Shown here: positions 25,500-38,919 of the stretch, piece after piece
Position numbering within the stretch: the first letter of the stretch is position 1
Layout: each line of letters starts with the position of its first letter
NCBI GenBank assembly: GCA_028023455.1
Contig: JAQFVV010000011.1
Location: forward strand, 5,518,001 to 5,582,000
DNA length: 64,000 nucleotides
Source of the DNA: Epiperipatus broadwayi
Taxonomy: Eukaryota; Animalia; Onychophora
Direction of reading: 5' to 3'
The notes under the pieces: generated by a model
The model's database searches: none
Told to the model about the DNA's origin: nothing
What the model saw: the letters and a program-made list of their open reading frames with translations, nothing else
Program-made: the position numbers and the translations under genes

Positions 25500-27484
25500 A
25501 TAAAGCAGTATATAAATTTTATTTTTGATCTGTATGATAAATTTTGAAGAAGCAACATTGTGAAAACTTTTTGGTTATGTGGAGTCAAATATGGATTAAT
25601 TGTAAATTTTCTTGTTAATTTTTTGTAAATAAATATTTTTTGTTTTTATTTAAGTAGTTTTTCAAAGTCCTTTGTTCATATCATCCCATTTATTAAACAG
25701 AAATCATTTCAAATATTGATTTAAAATTTAAATGCTAATAAAATATTATGCAATTATTTTAAATGTTTTTGCTAAAAGAGTACATGACATTTAAATTTAT
25801 AAGAGTCACTTTATTGGATTATTTAAGCATTAGTAGAACATCTAAGAAAGATGTATTTGCTTAATGAAGAATTACAATTTGTTCTTTAATTTGGATTATT
25901 TTAACTAATTTCATTTGCTTATTTCAAGTCACTGCACATATTTATTTTAAAACATTTTTATATTTGAAGATCTTTATGATAAGATTTAATTTTACAAGAA
26001 TCTAGTTCATATTTAGATGTTATGTAGATTTATTCTAAAATCACCCATTCTTAATATCTGAATGTAACCCTAACTTATTCTTTATCTTATTTTGAAATTT
26101 AAGAGAATGTATTTTATTTAAGTAGTAATAATTTTGTTATTGTCATAATTATAATGAGACATCAGCTTAGGTGAAGTGTATGATTTATTTATTTTAAGTA
26201 GGATTTCATTTGATATTGAATAAATCTAAAGAGCCAAAAAGAATTTATGAGATCAAAATCTTCGAGATACCGTAATATTAGTTACAAACCATATTATTAA
26301 ATTTATTTTAGTATTACAAATTTAACATTCAAAGATGGTTCTTCAGTGGCTTAGATTTTTAAAGAACATTTTAAATTTTATAAGAATTAAATAATGTTTT
26401 GATCTGATCAAAGGAATTGGGTACTTAGAAAATGATTAGAAAATCTTTAGATGGATAAAAAAAATTGGTACTTGTATTAGATTTTTAGAGAAAGAAAATT
26501 TAAATGTAACCTCTTTACAATATTAAGATATTTGTACTTATGCTAGAATGAGTTGAGCTGTCTCTTTCTGTTAATTTATTAATAGTTTTACTTTGTATTT
26601 TATTATATTTTATTATAAGTGCTCCCCCTGTATACCTTCATATTGTGGCAAATGTTATATATATATATTGGACCATTAAGCATATCTTGATAGCTTGTTA
26701 GCTAGCTTTATAACTCTACATTACAATTTAGTTATACAATATGTAGATATGTTGTTTATCAATACTAGATCATTCTCTCTCTTCTTTTTTTAAGTTACAA
26801 TGTTGATTCATATTCGTCTCATGATATCCAACTTAGTAATGTGTATATATGTATTTAAGACTTAAAAAAGAATTGAAATGAATGTAGACAAAATTTATGT
26901 ATATAATTACTTAAAATCTGAATAACTGAAATATTAATTAAGTAATAATATTTATTAATATTTTACAATTATTATAAATAACTTGAAATCAAATATTAAA
27001 AAATTGTCTGATAAAAATATTATTTTTTATTTTGACAAAAATCTAATTTTTTAACCTATTAAAGAAAGAAAAGTATTTTTGTCTAAAATAAAAATGTTTT
27101 TTTTATAATACACATTAATTATAAAGCCTATTTTATATTATGTTTTTAATTAAAGGATTAAAAATGAATTTTTAAAATCTATTTTTGTTTGATGATTGTA
27201 AATTAAAAAATCAGGACAATGATAATTTAGTTATTATCTTATTTTTATTAATCAACTTATTGTTAATTCTTTTGGTTTAAATTCAGTTTAACTGAGATTA
27301 GAGCGTGTAGAAAGCCAGCTTTAAAGGAAGGACATTTGCCACTAGTCTTCTTGTTGGTCAAGTTTGAAACCCCAGAAAAATATTGGGAATGATTTTTTAA
27401 TGATTTCATAGCCCATATGTAAATCTATATGAGAAGCACCGCAATCTTCAGATGTTATACTTTATACTTACACTGATTTATATA

Positions 27485-28379
27485 CACCTGGGTCTCGTTT
27501 TATGCGGATTATTTTAATGCGATTTTGAAGTTATGCGATTTATGTTTCTTCTTAATATCCTTCATATTTTACTATATTTATTAGATATCAAGAAATTTAA
27601 ATTATTAATAACTTATTTTGACTTGAAATACTTTTTTTTTCTTTCAAAAATATAACGTTATATTAGCAGCTTATGTTAATATGGCCATAAGCTGTATTTA
27701 GAATCTTAGCTTCTATGTAAATAACCTACTTATACTAATGAGTAAATAATAATAATAGATTTATACATACGTATAAAAATATCGCAATAAATATTCAAAA
27801 ATTTTAAACTTTTAAAACGTATTTTGTTAGATATTAACAGAAATAAATATTTTTTTAGATTTTTAAAATAAATAATAACGAAGATTTTATTGATTTTATA
27901 AACTGAAAATAATCTTTCGAATGATAATGTCTAATCTTTTTGTTTTGATTGCGATCTCATTTTTTTAATATAGAAACAGCACAAGACTGGAAGTGGCGCT
28001 AGTTGTACAACACATCACGAATCTGATTTCTTACTAGTTCACAAATGAATGCATATTGTAAATTAGCAGTAATGATTAAAATATGTATGAAAAAATGTAA
28101 AATTAAATACTGTAGTTAATAAAAAAAGTAAAAAAAAAATGTCTTATATTAATTTTTTTCATATATTTGAAATTTTTTATTAGTCATAGTTTATTTCCTT
28201 ATTTTTTTAATGCAAATTTTAAAGTAATTTTTCCTTGTTGCTTTGCTTTTATGCCAATTTTTGAAAATTACGGGAACCTATCCCCCATTTTTCAAGGTAA
28301 GTTACGTTTATTTTTGTGCGATTTCTTTTGTGTGCATTTTCTGAGGAACCTATCTACCACATAAAATGAGACCCAGGTG
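27485..28379. mobile_element. Tc1/mariner (pogo/Tigger-like) non-autonomous element (MITE), 895 bp
   Basis: TIRs CACCTGGGTCTCGTTTTATGCGG and CCACATAAAATGAGACCCAGGTG, with a TA duplication on both sides and no ORF. Confidence 0.8.
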
Positions 28380-31109
28380 TATGTATGGAAGCACAGATGA
28401 AAAAGTCTTTCAATTGTATATATACTGTTTATGTATAAGATTTATTTTAAAACATATGAAGCACATATGAAATAAATTGCCTAAGGAATAAAAAATATTA
28501 TTGGCATATTTTCTCAAATATTAATTTTGCAATTAATGGAAATCTATTTTTTTTACTTTTCCCTAAAAAGTATTTAATTACCTCTGCTTTACTAATTTGT
28601 TTTAAAGATAAACAACTTTAGAATAAATTATAGCACTAATGAGAAAAGGTGCTCAACAAAAAAATAAAATACAGACAAGTTTAAAAGCCTCTAGAGTATG
28701 GAACCCTAGATATATTTTTTTAAAAATTTTATGACACTCATGAAATACTTGTTTTAGAGTTATTAATCTATTTGTATTTTTATAATTAGATTGTGAAAAT
28801 TTTTATTTTTATGTTAGAATACATATATGTGTGCACAAGTATTATATATATATATTTAATATTTAATTATTTTTATTTTGTCAAAATAGAATTTTTATTA
28901 GCTTATTAATGATTGAAACATTTTGTACTACCATACTTGTACATTTGTGAGCTTGTTTTTATACATGCTTTATGTAAATCACTTATTTATATATCTAAAT
29001 TTTATTGATGTGTTTTTTAATCTACTGAAATATTTTCTGTTATATGTAAATACTCAAAATCATAATGATTTATTTGAATGTAGACTATTTATCAGATTTT
29101 TTGTTTTTATTATTATCTCTAATCAAAAAATTTATTAATCATTATTTTAAGTTATCTAGAAATATTATTTAATACTAACATAGGTTAATTATTGTAATTT
29201 TCTCTTGATTACAGTCATCAAGATCTTTGTAGCCCCAAAACTAATTCTGCCTAATGGTATATGAAGGGTATGTGTGTGAACATCTATTTGGTTCTTTGTA
29301 GAGTTATTTAGATAGTGCTGAGATAATAAAGGTCATTTTAAAAATTCGTCTTATGTTATAGATTTTATGATGATGATTACTTTATTGACGGATAATATAC
29401 TGATCGTAATCTGTTAGTCCATAACATTGATGATAATTAGCATTATCGTAATGATCCCTGTATTTTTTGATGTGCTTATTGTTGTAGTTCCTTTAACACT
29501 TTCACATATACATGCAACTGAAATGTTGATTATTGCTTTTCTATAATATTATGCCCAATGTAGGCTTGATGATGATTAGCCTGATTTTATATCATGTCTC
29601 TTTTGAAATCTAGTTACAAAGATTGTTTATTTGACTGTGGATTATTGAATAGTGCTTATTTATAGTGATGCTATGATTATTATATTTTATCTGGCGATGA
29701 ACTAATTCTTCACTTTTATCATTTTTAATTTGAAAAGAACTGCTGACCTCATATAATCCATATCTCATTATTGCTTTTGTTTTGTACCATTGCACTATAT
29801 ATAAACTCATTTCTCATAGTACTATTTTAAAAATTAAAATCTATTTAAGTTAATCAAACACACGTACTTTAAAGATATATATACTTAAACCTTAAAATAA
29901 ATGGTGATCTATAAACATGCATATTTGGCCAATATAATAATTTTTAAAAATTTATATTCACAAAGAAGTATTGATAAATGTATGTACTGGATATGCTTCT
30001 AATATATGATTTTTTAAAAATATTTTAATATATCAAAAAGGATATTATAACAATATTTTTATTTCAAAAATGAAATAAATATTTCCATCATGAAACCAGA
30101 CAGATTTTATATTAGTAAAAGATATATTTTACTACCATTATCATTCTTTTAATGCATTTTTTTTGATAGAAATTCTAAGACTATTATAAATTAGAGATGT
30201 TTATGACTTCAGATGCTATATAATTCATACTAGCCGTATTTTTAAATACATGGAATCTTAGTTCATCTATATTTGATGGAAAGAATAAATATAAATGAGA
30301 TTGTTTTTATTTATTTATAAAATCCCCATGAATTGGAGTTTATTTATTCATGATGTTGTAGAGATGTTTTTTTTAAAGTTATTAGAATTTAACTAGTGTG
30401 GCATAATCATATATGTGGAACAGTGAAGAGGTAGTTTTTTTGTATGTATAAATTTCAGTAAGATTAATATTAAAATATTAGCACTGATTTAAAATAGTCA
30501 TTCAAAAGTTGTACCTAAGTTTATAGGTGGAACACATATCAAATAACCAAATATTATGTTTGAAAAAACAAATATTCATGAGAAGTGATTGTAATGTAGG
30601 TTTAGTATAATGTATATTATCATTGCACAAATGTTGCAAGTCATTGTATTATAGATGTGCAATGAACCAATGGTAATGAATAGACAATAGCTGTAAATCC
30701 GTTAAACAATTTTCCATTTCTTCACAAAAAAAACAAAACAATTCATAAAAAAAATCTTAATGAGGTATTTTCTTTAAGTACCAAAACAAACCAAATCAAA
30801 GTTTCCTAGAATTTTAGTGCTTCTATAAGATTAATTTTATTTTTGTTGCTTTTGTTTTTTATTGCTTGTGTTTGTTTTATAATTTGTTTGTGTCGAATGT
30901 AAAAAACATATATTTTAGTTCATAGTATAGTCTTCAAGTCTTTCATTTATTTTTCATTCTGGGTTCTATATATATTTATCAGTATAATCTACCCTAGTGG
31001 GCCTATCTTATTTTGTCCCAAGCTTTTTACTTTATTGAAAAAACATGAAACTTTAATGATTATCTCATTCTGTGCATGCCTGATGTGTTTGTTCATCATA
31101 ATAACTAAT

Positions 31110-31238
31110 ATAATGGAAGAGTGAGGATGTTGAGTGTGGCTATGCACTCAATGTTTCTCTGAACAAACATACAGCATTGCAAACATTCGTAAATTACAAA
31201 TGATTGTTGTATTTCAACATCCTTCACTATTACATTAT
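31110..31238. mobile_element. Possible tiny MITE relic
   Basis: Imperfect ~25-bp inverted ends: ATAATGGAAGAGTGAGGATGTTGA versus the reverse complement ATAATGTAATAGTGAAGGATGTTGA. Confidence 0.35.
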
Positions 31239-31632
31239 GGATGTTTTTATTATTCGATAATAGTCTTACTATGGATGTAATAAGCTATTTCTGTTTTCTA
31301 AAGAAAATTCAATAGTTTTTATAGGTAAACACTTTTTTTTGTTTGAATTTTGATAGTAAATCAAATATCTTTTAAAGTATTTAATATCAATGTAAGCTTT
31401 CTTAAATAAAATATGTTTTGAGATGATTTATTATTTATTAATTTTTTATCATTACTTAATAATAAATTGTTGTATAATTGAAGTTAGAGTGATATTTCAA
31501 GTTAAAAATATAACATATATAAAGAAAAAAATTGTTAGTATTATTTCCCAATTGCAACATTTTGATGAAGGCATTTGATTTTGCTTAGGGAATATAGGAA
31601 TGAAAGGGTAACTAATTTTTTGTCTCTTTTAG

Positions 31633-31665
31633 GGTCTGATGACATACTGTTTAGTGCAGTGATAG
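31633..31665 (+). other. Candidate 33-nt host micro-exon, (G)SDDILFSAVI(G)
   Basis: ACTAAT branch-like site, polypyrimidine TTTTTTGTCTCTTTTAG acceptor, AG|GTCAGT donor, frame-preserving length. No partner exons identified. Confidence 0.3.
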
Positions 31666-33051
31666 GTCAGTAGGCTTAGAGTTACAAATCCATGAATCCA
31701 TGAATCAGTCTATCACTTCTTGTACTCAAATATTTTAATTAATTATGAAGTGGAAATTTTTTTGGGCCACTGTTTTTGCAGTAATATATGTGGTAATAAT
31801 GGTAAATATCAATTCAATATTGGTTCCTCAACATAAGTAGACTGTGTGTAATGGCTTTTAATAATGTGGGTTTCAAGTTGTTTTTGTTATTGTATTCAGG
31901 CTAAGTGTTTTTTTGTACAATGAATATAAATGAGGATAATATGGTTTTAGCAGTTGATTTGTGGTGTGCCATCATAATTGTATGACAAAGTAAAAATGTT
32001 GAACTTAAAATAAAAGTCTTTTATTGACATAGCAATGGCCAAGTCAGATGATTAAATAAAGTGATAGTAAAAACAAGGAAATCTGAGGGATTAATTATAT
32101 TTGGAATTTAACTGAATACAAATATTGCAGTTTAAATATTCTCAGATATTTTATGTAGTTATAATATTGTAAATTAGTGTCTGAATTCTGTCTAGAAAGA
32201 TTCATGTAATAATCTCATTGTCAAGTTTATAAGTTTGGTTTAAAATAGAAATGTGGGACATACATGTGATGTTTTGTTTTGTTAAAAAGTCAAAAGTGAA
32301 GTTTTGTGTCAGATAATATATTTTAAGTATATTTTTTATGTTAACTTATTTAAAACAACTTAGTGATTGGTGATTTAAAATGTTTTTTTTTTTTTTTGTA
32401 ATATGTATTATTTAATTCTGAATAGTATTTATATACATTTTTCATACAATTATGTAATTCTACAAAATTTGTATGATTCAAATTAATATGAAAATGGAAA
32501 ATAAAACTAATAAAGTCTTAAATACACTGACACTTTTTTTAATAAATTTTGTTTGTGTCACAATAGTTTTTATATAGTACATTTTCTTATGAATACTAAT
32601 GCTTATAAGTGAACTTTTTGTGTATGTATAATATATATATATATGAATGTAAATAGAGATTATTATTTTTATTATGTAAATATGTGTGAACTACTTGAAT
32701 AATATTGGTATTAAACTAGTTGATTCTCCAGGTGCCATATTGAATTAAAAAAAAAACTGACCTGAGACACAATTTTCACAATAACTTCAGTTTTATTAAT
32801 ATTAGAGTAAAAAACGTTACATTGATACAAACTAGAAAAACTAAGGAAAACGATAAGGCTAAGACAAATAGTGATTACCATTTAAAAAAGAAAGAAAAAA
32901 AAAGAAATTTCAACATCTGACATAATTATTACTTTATTGTTTGTTCATAATTTTTAATTTATCATTAACTAAGTTTAAATTACATCTTCATTGATAACTT
33001 TTTTGTATTCCTCACAAAATTATCTTTCAAACCATATATAATACTTTTTAC

Positions 33052-33149
33052 CTGTGACCATCCATAGCTTCAGAATCTCCAAAACTATTCGCATAAGAAT
33101 TCTTCATTTTTATCTTGTACCCCAAAAAGTTAACAAATCTCAAAGGCAT
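33052..33149 (-). other. Candidate 98-nt host exon, MPLRFVNFLGYKIKMKNSYANSFGDSEAMDGH
   Basis: TTTTTTTTCTTATAG acceptor and CAG|GTAAAA donor on the minus strand, with one open frame. The protein is not recognised. Confidence 0.3.
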
Positions 33150-36100
33150 CTATAAGAAAAAAAATTCATCTTAATAAAAGATACAAAGGTGGATATGCAT
33201 TTGTCACCATAGCAATTTGCTTCTTATCTATATAAAACTAGAAATTGTAGGTCACTGTCTGTATCACTGATAAAATGAGTTTCATCTCTTCATTTTATAT
33301 TTTTTGTGTACATCAGTGATGTTTATATTCTTTATGCACACCAGTGAAGCTACCTTGTTATATTTATTGTCCTACAGAGATATAATTTATTTGCATATAG
33401 CTCATTTGCTAGCTATAGACTTGAAAATAATGTGATGCAAGATGTGGCAAAATGACTAACTCCACAGCACGAGTATCAAGGCATAGGCAAGAATCAGAAT
33501 TTGATTCTTTGCTTTCATACAATTCCATGTGATATATACATAACCATTGTGGCTACCATTACACACACACTATTGAAATCTCTCTTTATTGATATTAAGT
33601 GTTTATATTTTCACATTGTACTATGCCCAGTAAATTGTGCGATTGCTTTATAAACTGCAGTCTTTTTGTACATTTGATAATCAGTTTTAAAATTTACATT
33701 GCACTGCTCTATATATGTAAATCATTACTTTAATTACTTGTTATACAAACACAAACATGCAAGTGCAAAGACAAATACAAATATAAACATGTTAATAAAT
33801 TATTAAACCTTTTGAGAATCATTATGTCTATAAAATAAGGTTGCCACAAACTTGGATCAGAGACCCAAAATTACACTATACAAAAGCACTTTTGTTATAC
33901 TTGAATACAAATTTATATACTTTATAGTAAAGATCATAAATCATTTAATATTATATAATTTATATACTATACACACACACACACCATTACAAACGCAAAC
34001 AAATTAATATACTGTTTATCAAATAATTTTCAAAAATTAAAAATATTCAAGTAATTAAAAAATTAAAATTAATAACTTATGACCAATATTCTGCGATTAC
34101 GTTTATATCACATTGAAGGCCTTTATATCTGAATTATCAGCATATTTTTAATCCATTTTATTTAATAGTAAGGCCGATAAAGATTTTTTGCCTTTATCGT
34201 CTTGTGCAAACTAATAAACTGACCAGAAAATAAAAAAAATAAATGTACCTATTAATAAAAATATTAATAAAAAATTCAAATTTTATCCAATTTTAAATTG
34301 TGGTACATCATTTTAAAGATGGAATTAAGCAGCAACAAATGCTGGGATTTCTGTTGACGTCATACTTATAGTTTTCACACAATTTAAAAAAGAAAAGAAA
34401 ATTTCAACCTATCAGCTGCCATAAACGCATAACATAGCTTAAGTGCTCAATGTGTTTTAAATCACTTTAGAAAATCTGTATATGTGAACTACCATTTAAA
34501 TGTAAATTATGCAAATGAGGAATAAGTAATCATAATTGGACTCTTATATAAAAAAAAAAACCTATTAGGAATTATTTGTGTATGTAATAAAGAACAATGT
34601 GAATTATGAAGAAGCTAATATGTGCTTATGAAGAGGTTAGGGTATGCATAATGGTGTTATAATTGTAAGGAATTTATGTTCCCGACATATGTATATAGCT
34701 GTTATTCCTTAATGGAAGAGTGAATGACTTTCTTCAATTAATACACACTCAATTATATTTATTTACTGAGCATGTGTAGAAAATGATACACACATGCAAG
34801 AGAATATTTATATAAGACTAGTGATTTTTACTGAAATTTTCTCATTTCCTACTAGTTATTCTTTTCCTAATTTGTTATTGATGTTAAATAAATTTATTTC
34901 ATTACAATAAACTTTGTATTTAAATTTATTTAAAATTCATGAATTTTGCCTGACTTTTATTAAGTCAAACACCTCAGGACATAGCAATAAGTAAAAGTAA
35001 ATTTTAGTTATTGAATCTGCAATGCACACATAGTTTGTCTCATATTATGCAAGCAACTGAAGTATAATGTGTGGCATTTATTAACATGTGTTATTAGAAG
35101 AAACTTGGTATTATTTTTTCTTGTTGCAAGCTTCTTGGAACTTGGAGCTATCTTATATTTGTCAGTTTATTTATAAACATCTTTAAGGTTTTCAGAGAAT
35201 GGCTTCAAATTTTGGATGTTGATTCATATCACTTAGTTTCTACACAAATTAAAATCTGTATTCACATATATTCCATTTGCAATACTTAATAAATATATAA
35301 ATCCATTTTAGTTTATATCTTTTCACTTGCATTTATTTGTCTAAGTTTTAATTATTCTGGCGAAACTTGTTGCTGAATTAATATTACCATTTTAGTTGTG
35401 ATGTAACAGAAACTAAAATAGCAAAAGCTCACATGTTTAATGATCCATGCATACAAAATGTCATTGGACTAATTTAAAAAATAATTAATATAATTACATC
35501 ATTATAAGAATATTTTTTTTCTACACTTTGTATTCAGTTTTTATTTTAATAAAATATTGGTAAACATATATTAGGTTAAAGAAAAATAAGTTTTTTTTTT
35601 TAAAGTGATATAAATTATAAAATACATTTTTTTAAAATTTAAATATTGTATTGATTTTTCAAAAAATAAAATTAATTTTATATTTTTTTACAACTTTTCA
35701 TGTTGTTCAACCCAATTTAAAATAAAATTTAAATGAGTAGTCTTTCTCCTTAAACTTAATTGTAAATGTATAATTCTTGTGTAACCTTAATAACAATTTA
35801 CCATCTTTTAGATATATATTACTAATAATTTTTTTGGTTAAGATTGTTATATTAATATTAAACCAGTTATAATCTTTGTACTCAGTTAAAGGTATCTATT
35901 ATCTTAAACTCCAGTCACATATGGCATTAGTTTAACATCCTCTTTTTCCCACAAATGTACTAATATATATTTGAAACTCTGCTAAATATTAAATTTCCCT
36001 CAAATCAAATGAATAAAGATATCAGTTAAAGGCAAATGAATCTCCATGATGCATTTCTGCTGAAATAGCTTTTGGCCCAGATTTTTCTTTTTTTTGATAT

Positions 36101-36926
36101 CTTGATTCATTTATTTGAAGGAGAGTAATATTTGGCAAAAGAATTTCAAATGTATATGTTTAATTCTGTATTTATTTCTGCTTGATCAACAACTTTTAAA
36201 TCAAAAAAGAGAAATACAAAAAGTTAACTCTGTACTTGTAATTAAATTTAATAGGGTCTTTTTCTTTAAAGAAACATATCTCACTTTTTTAATATTTTAT
36301 TTTTAATTTTCGTAAATGATAAATCCATAATTAAAATAATCTATTATAAAAGCAATCTTAATGATATTTTTGCTTAATAATTCAAGTGACGTTTATATAC
36401 CGGAAGTGATTGTTTGAACTTTCATACAGGAAGCTTTAATTCCCGAGTCTGAAATTCTATCACTGCAATAAACATTAGCACAGGATAAGCAATCCAATAT
36501 TGTTGGTTGTTTAGAAAATAATACTTAAAAAAAATACTAATGTAATTTTGGTTTAAAATTTACCAAGTCGTCATAACATTTAGGATAATCTTAGATTTTG
36601 TTTTTAAATAAAGAAAAGAATGCTAAAACAGTGTTATAATAATATTATTTTCTTGGTTTCTAAAAACTTGAGGAATTTTGCTTAACAGAAGTAGAAATTA
36701 ATTTTTAGTTTATTCTAGTGATATCGTTATGACTTTTAGAGTTAAATATTTCTGAATCAAACCACAATGTCTCATTTGTAGTGCTTAACTATCACATAAT
36801 AACCCAGGCAGTTAGTCGTTTGCCTATATATTTTATTTGATTTGCATTGCTTGTCTTAAATAAATCTCTAAATATATATATTTACACTTTATAAATATTT
36901 TATTATTGAATTATCTGACACTTTAG

Positions 36927-37185
36927 TCTAAGGATGAGTAAACTACAGCCTGTGGGCTACATGTTATGGTAATTTGCGCTGCCCATGGCCCATACACAAT
37001 TATACGATTTTTTAAAATTTTCACTTCAAACATGTTAAAATATATAAACAACCAATGCATGTATAGTAGCATGTGACAAGTCTCTAAATATACTAAATAG
37101 TATGCAGTTGATTGTGAATTAGAGACTACATTTGCATTAAGGAACCTCATCCTCACCTCTTAAATCAAGTTTCCCACTCCTTTAA
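36927..37185. mobile_element. Degenerate hAT-type MITE relic
   Basis: The left end AAGGATGAGTAAACTACAGCCTGTGGGCTACATG resembles the hAT end CAGGGGTGGGCAAACTACGGCCCGCGGGCC. The right end is AGTTTCCCACTCCTT. No TSD seen. Confidence 0.4.
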
Positions 37186-38520
37186 AGAAGTTCACTTTTC
37201 ACTAAATATTGCAGTAATGTAGTCATTGTAAGCTCGCATTAATATAGTGTTTTGATTGTATGCAATTGCAGACATTACTATACTGACTAATGTATTATGT
37301 AAGCAATCTAACACTTGTAGTTAGTTGTTTGACCAAAATATATTTTAAAATCTTTGTGAACATTTGTTGAAATTAGAAAGTCAGTTTCTGTCATGATCAC
37401 AATAATATGAATAGGTCATGTATCAGAAAGTAAAAACATTTGTTTTGCATGCAGTCTACTTGAGACTTTACAAAAGCCTGTGGCTAATGATCAGAAAAGG
37501 TTGATTATCTAGAAATATTTTACAGAGTTTTTATTTTTACATCTTCTTATAAGGTTACATAAGTAAGGAAACAAGCACTTTGGAGAAGACTGCTAGAAAG
37601 CTGAAACTGTCAGACAATTGAATAAAAAATACTGTGAAAAATACAAAGAAGAAATGAATTATTTAAAGATTTATGTTTGACTATTACCATTTAACAGTTA
37701 TTTCAAGTTAATGGCCTGAATGCTTTTATTCTATGGTTTTAGCACAATTGCTTGTTTAACTATATACATCTAAAATGGATCAATACATATCTTTTAGTAA
37801 CTACAATTAACAGTCAATTAACACCACTTCTAATCTTTTATTAAAAGAGAGATAAATATTAAAAAAGGTATTACATAATTTTTACAAATAATGTGCATCT
37901 AACAATGGTTATATTATAAGCAAATGGCCTTATTTTTTAAATTGTTGACTTGAATAGCATATTAAAGAAGGTAATTTTTCAAAAACTAATTTGGGGATGT
38001 GTTTGGCACTATCATTTTATATTTTTTGATTACTTCTGTTTACAGTTAGATGTGAGTGGGCAGTTAGAGGAATTACATGATGTTTTGTTTTAGTAAACAA
38101 TGTAGCTACAGCTGAGTCATTATTATGTTCATTAAAATATAATTATTGAGTTAATCTTAAGTCTTATAGATTGAGAGAAAGGTGTTGATTAATTCTCTTT
38201 CCTAAAAGTCAATGTCACGATATGAGTAAAAGATAGTTGTTGGTTGGCTGCAGAGAAATTGCAATTTTTTCTAATGAAGAAGGTTAGCTAGAAACAAATT
38301 GAAATCTACATGGCATTATGATATCTTTTGATTGCTTATGCTGACAAAGTCACTTCTAAAGTGATTTATGAGAGAATGCTTTTGTCACATTTAGATTGAA
38401 TGTAAATTAGAGCAGTTATTTTATGTTTTATTTTAGTATAACAAAAAAAAGATATAGTTAGATAAACCTACATTTGCATTTTTTAAAAATTATATATAGT
38501 AATAGTACTAATAATGGCCT

Positions 38521-38590
38521 GGTCAGTTTAGCACAGTGGTAGAGTGATGGACTGAAGAGCTAAAGATATCTGGATCAAAAACAACCTGTC
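38521..38590 (+). mobile_element. Possible tRNA-derived SINE head relic
   Basis: A-box-like TAGCACAGTGG followed by TAGAGTG, and a degenerate B-box GGATCAAAAAC at tRNA-like spacing. Confidence 0.3.
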
Positions 38591-38868
38591 ATTTGCGACA
38601 CTCCAATATTATATATTCCAAGTGATTAACTATTCACTTGTATTTTTGTATACAATAATATTTACAATAATAGCAAAAATGTTTTGTTTTTTATTCAGTC
38701 AACTTTTGTGCATAGGTATTTGTTGGATAACATTTTGTTTGCACAGGATTTGTATGAATAAATTTGTTTTTATTTTATTTTATATTTTAATTATAATGTT
38801 ATTGACATGAGTTTAGAAGGAAAGTTATCATTTTTTTTAAAAAAGTAAAAAGAAACAAACAATTTCAG

Positions 38869-38919
38869 TAATAATAATAATAATAATGATGATGATGATG
38901 ACGACGACGATGATGATGA
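38869..38919. repeat. Compound (AAT)n(GAT)n(GAC)n(GAT)n microsatellite
   Basis: Read directly. An (ATC)n tract also lies at 39195-39221. Confidence 0.9.
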
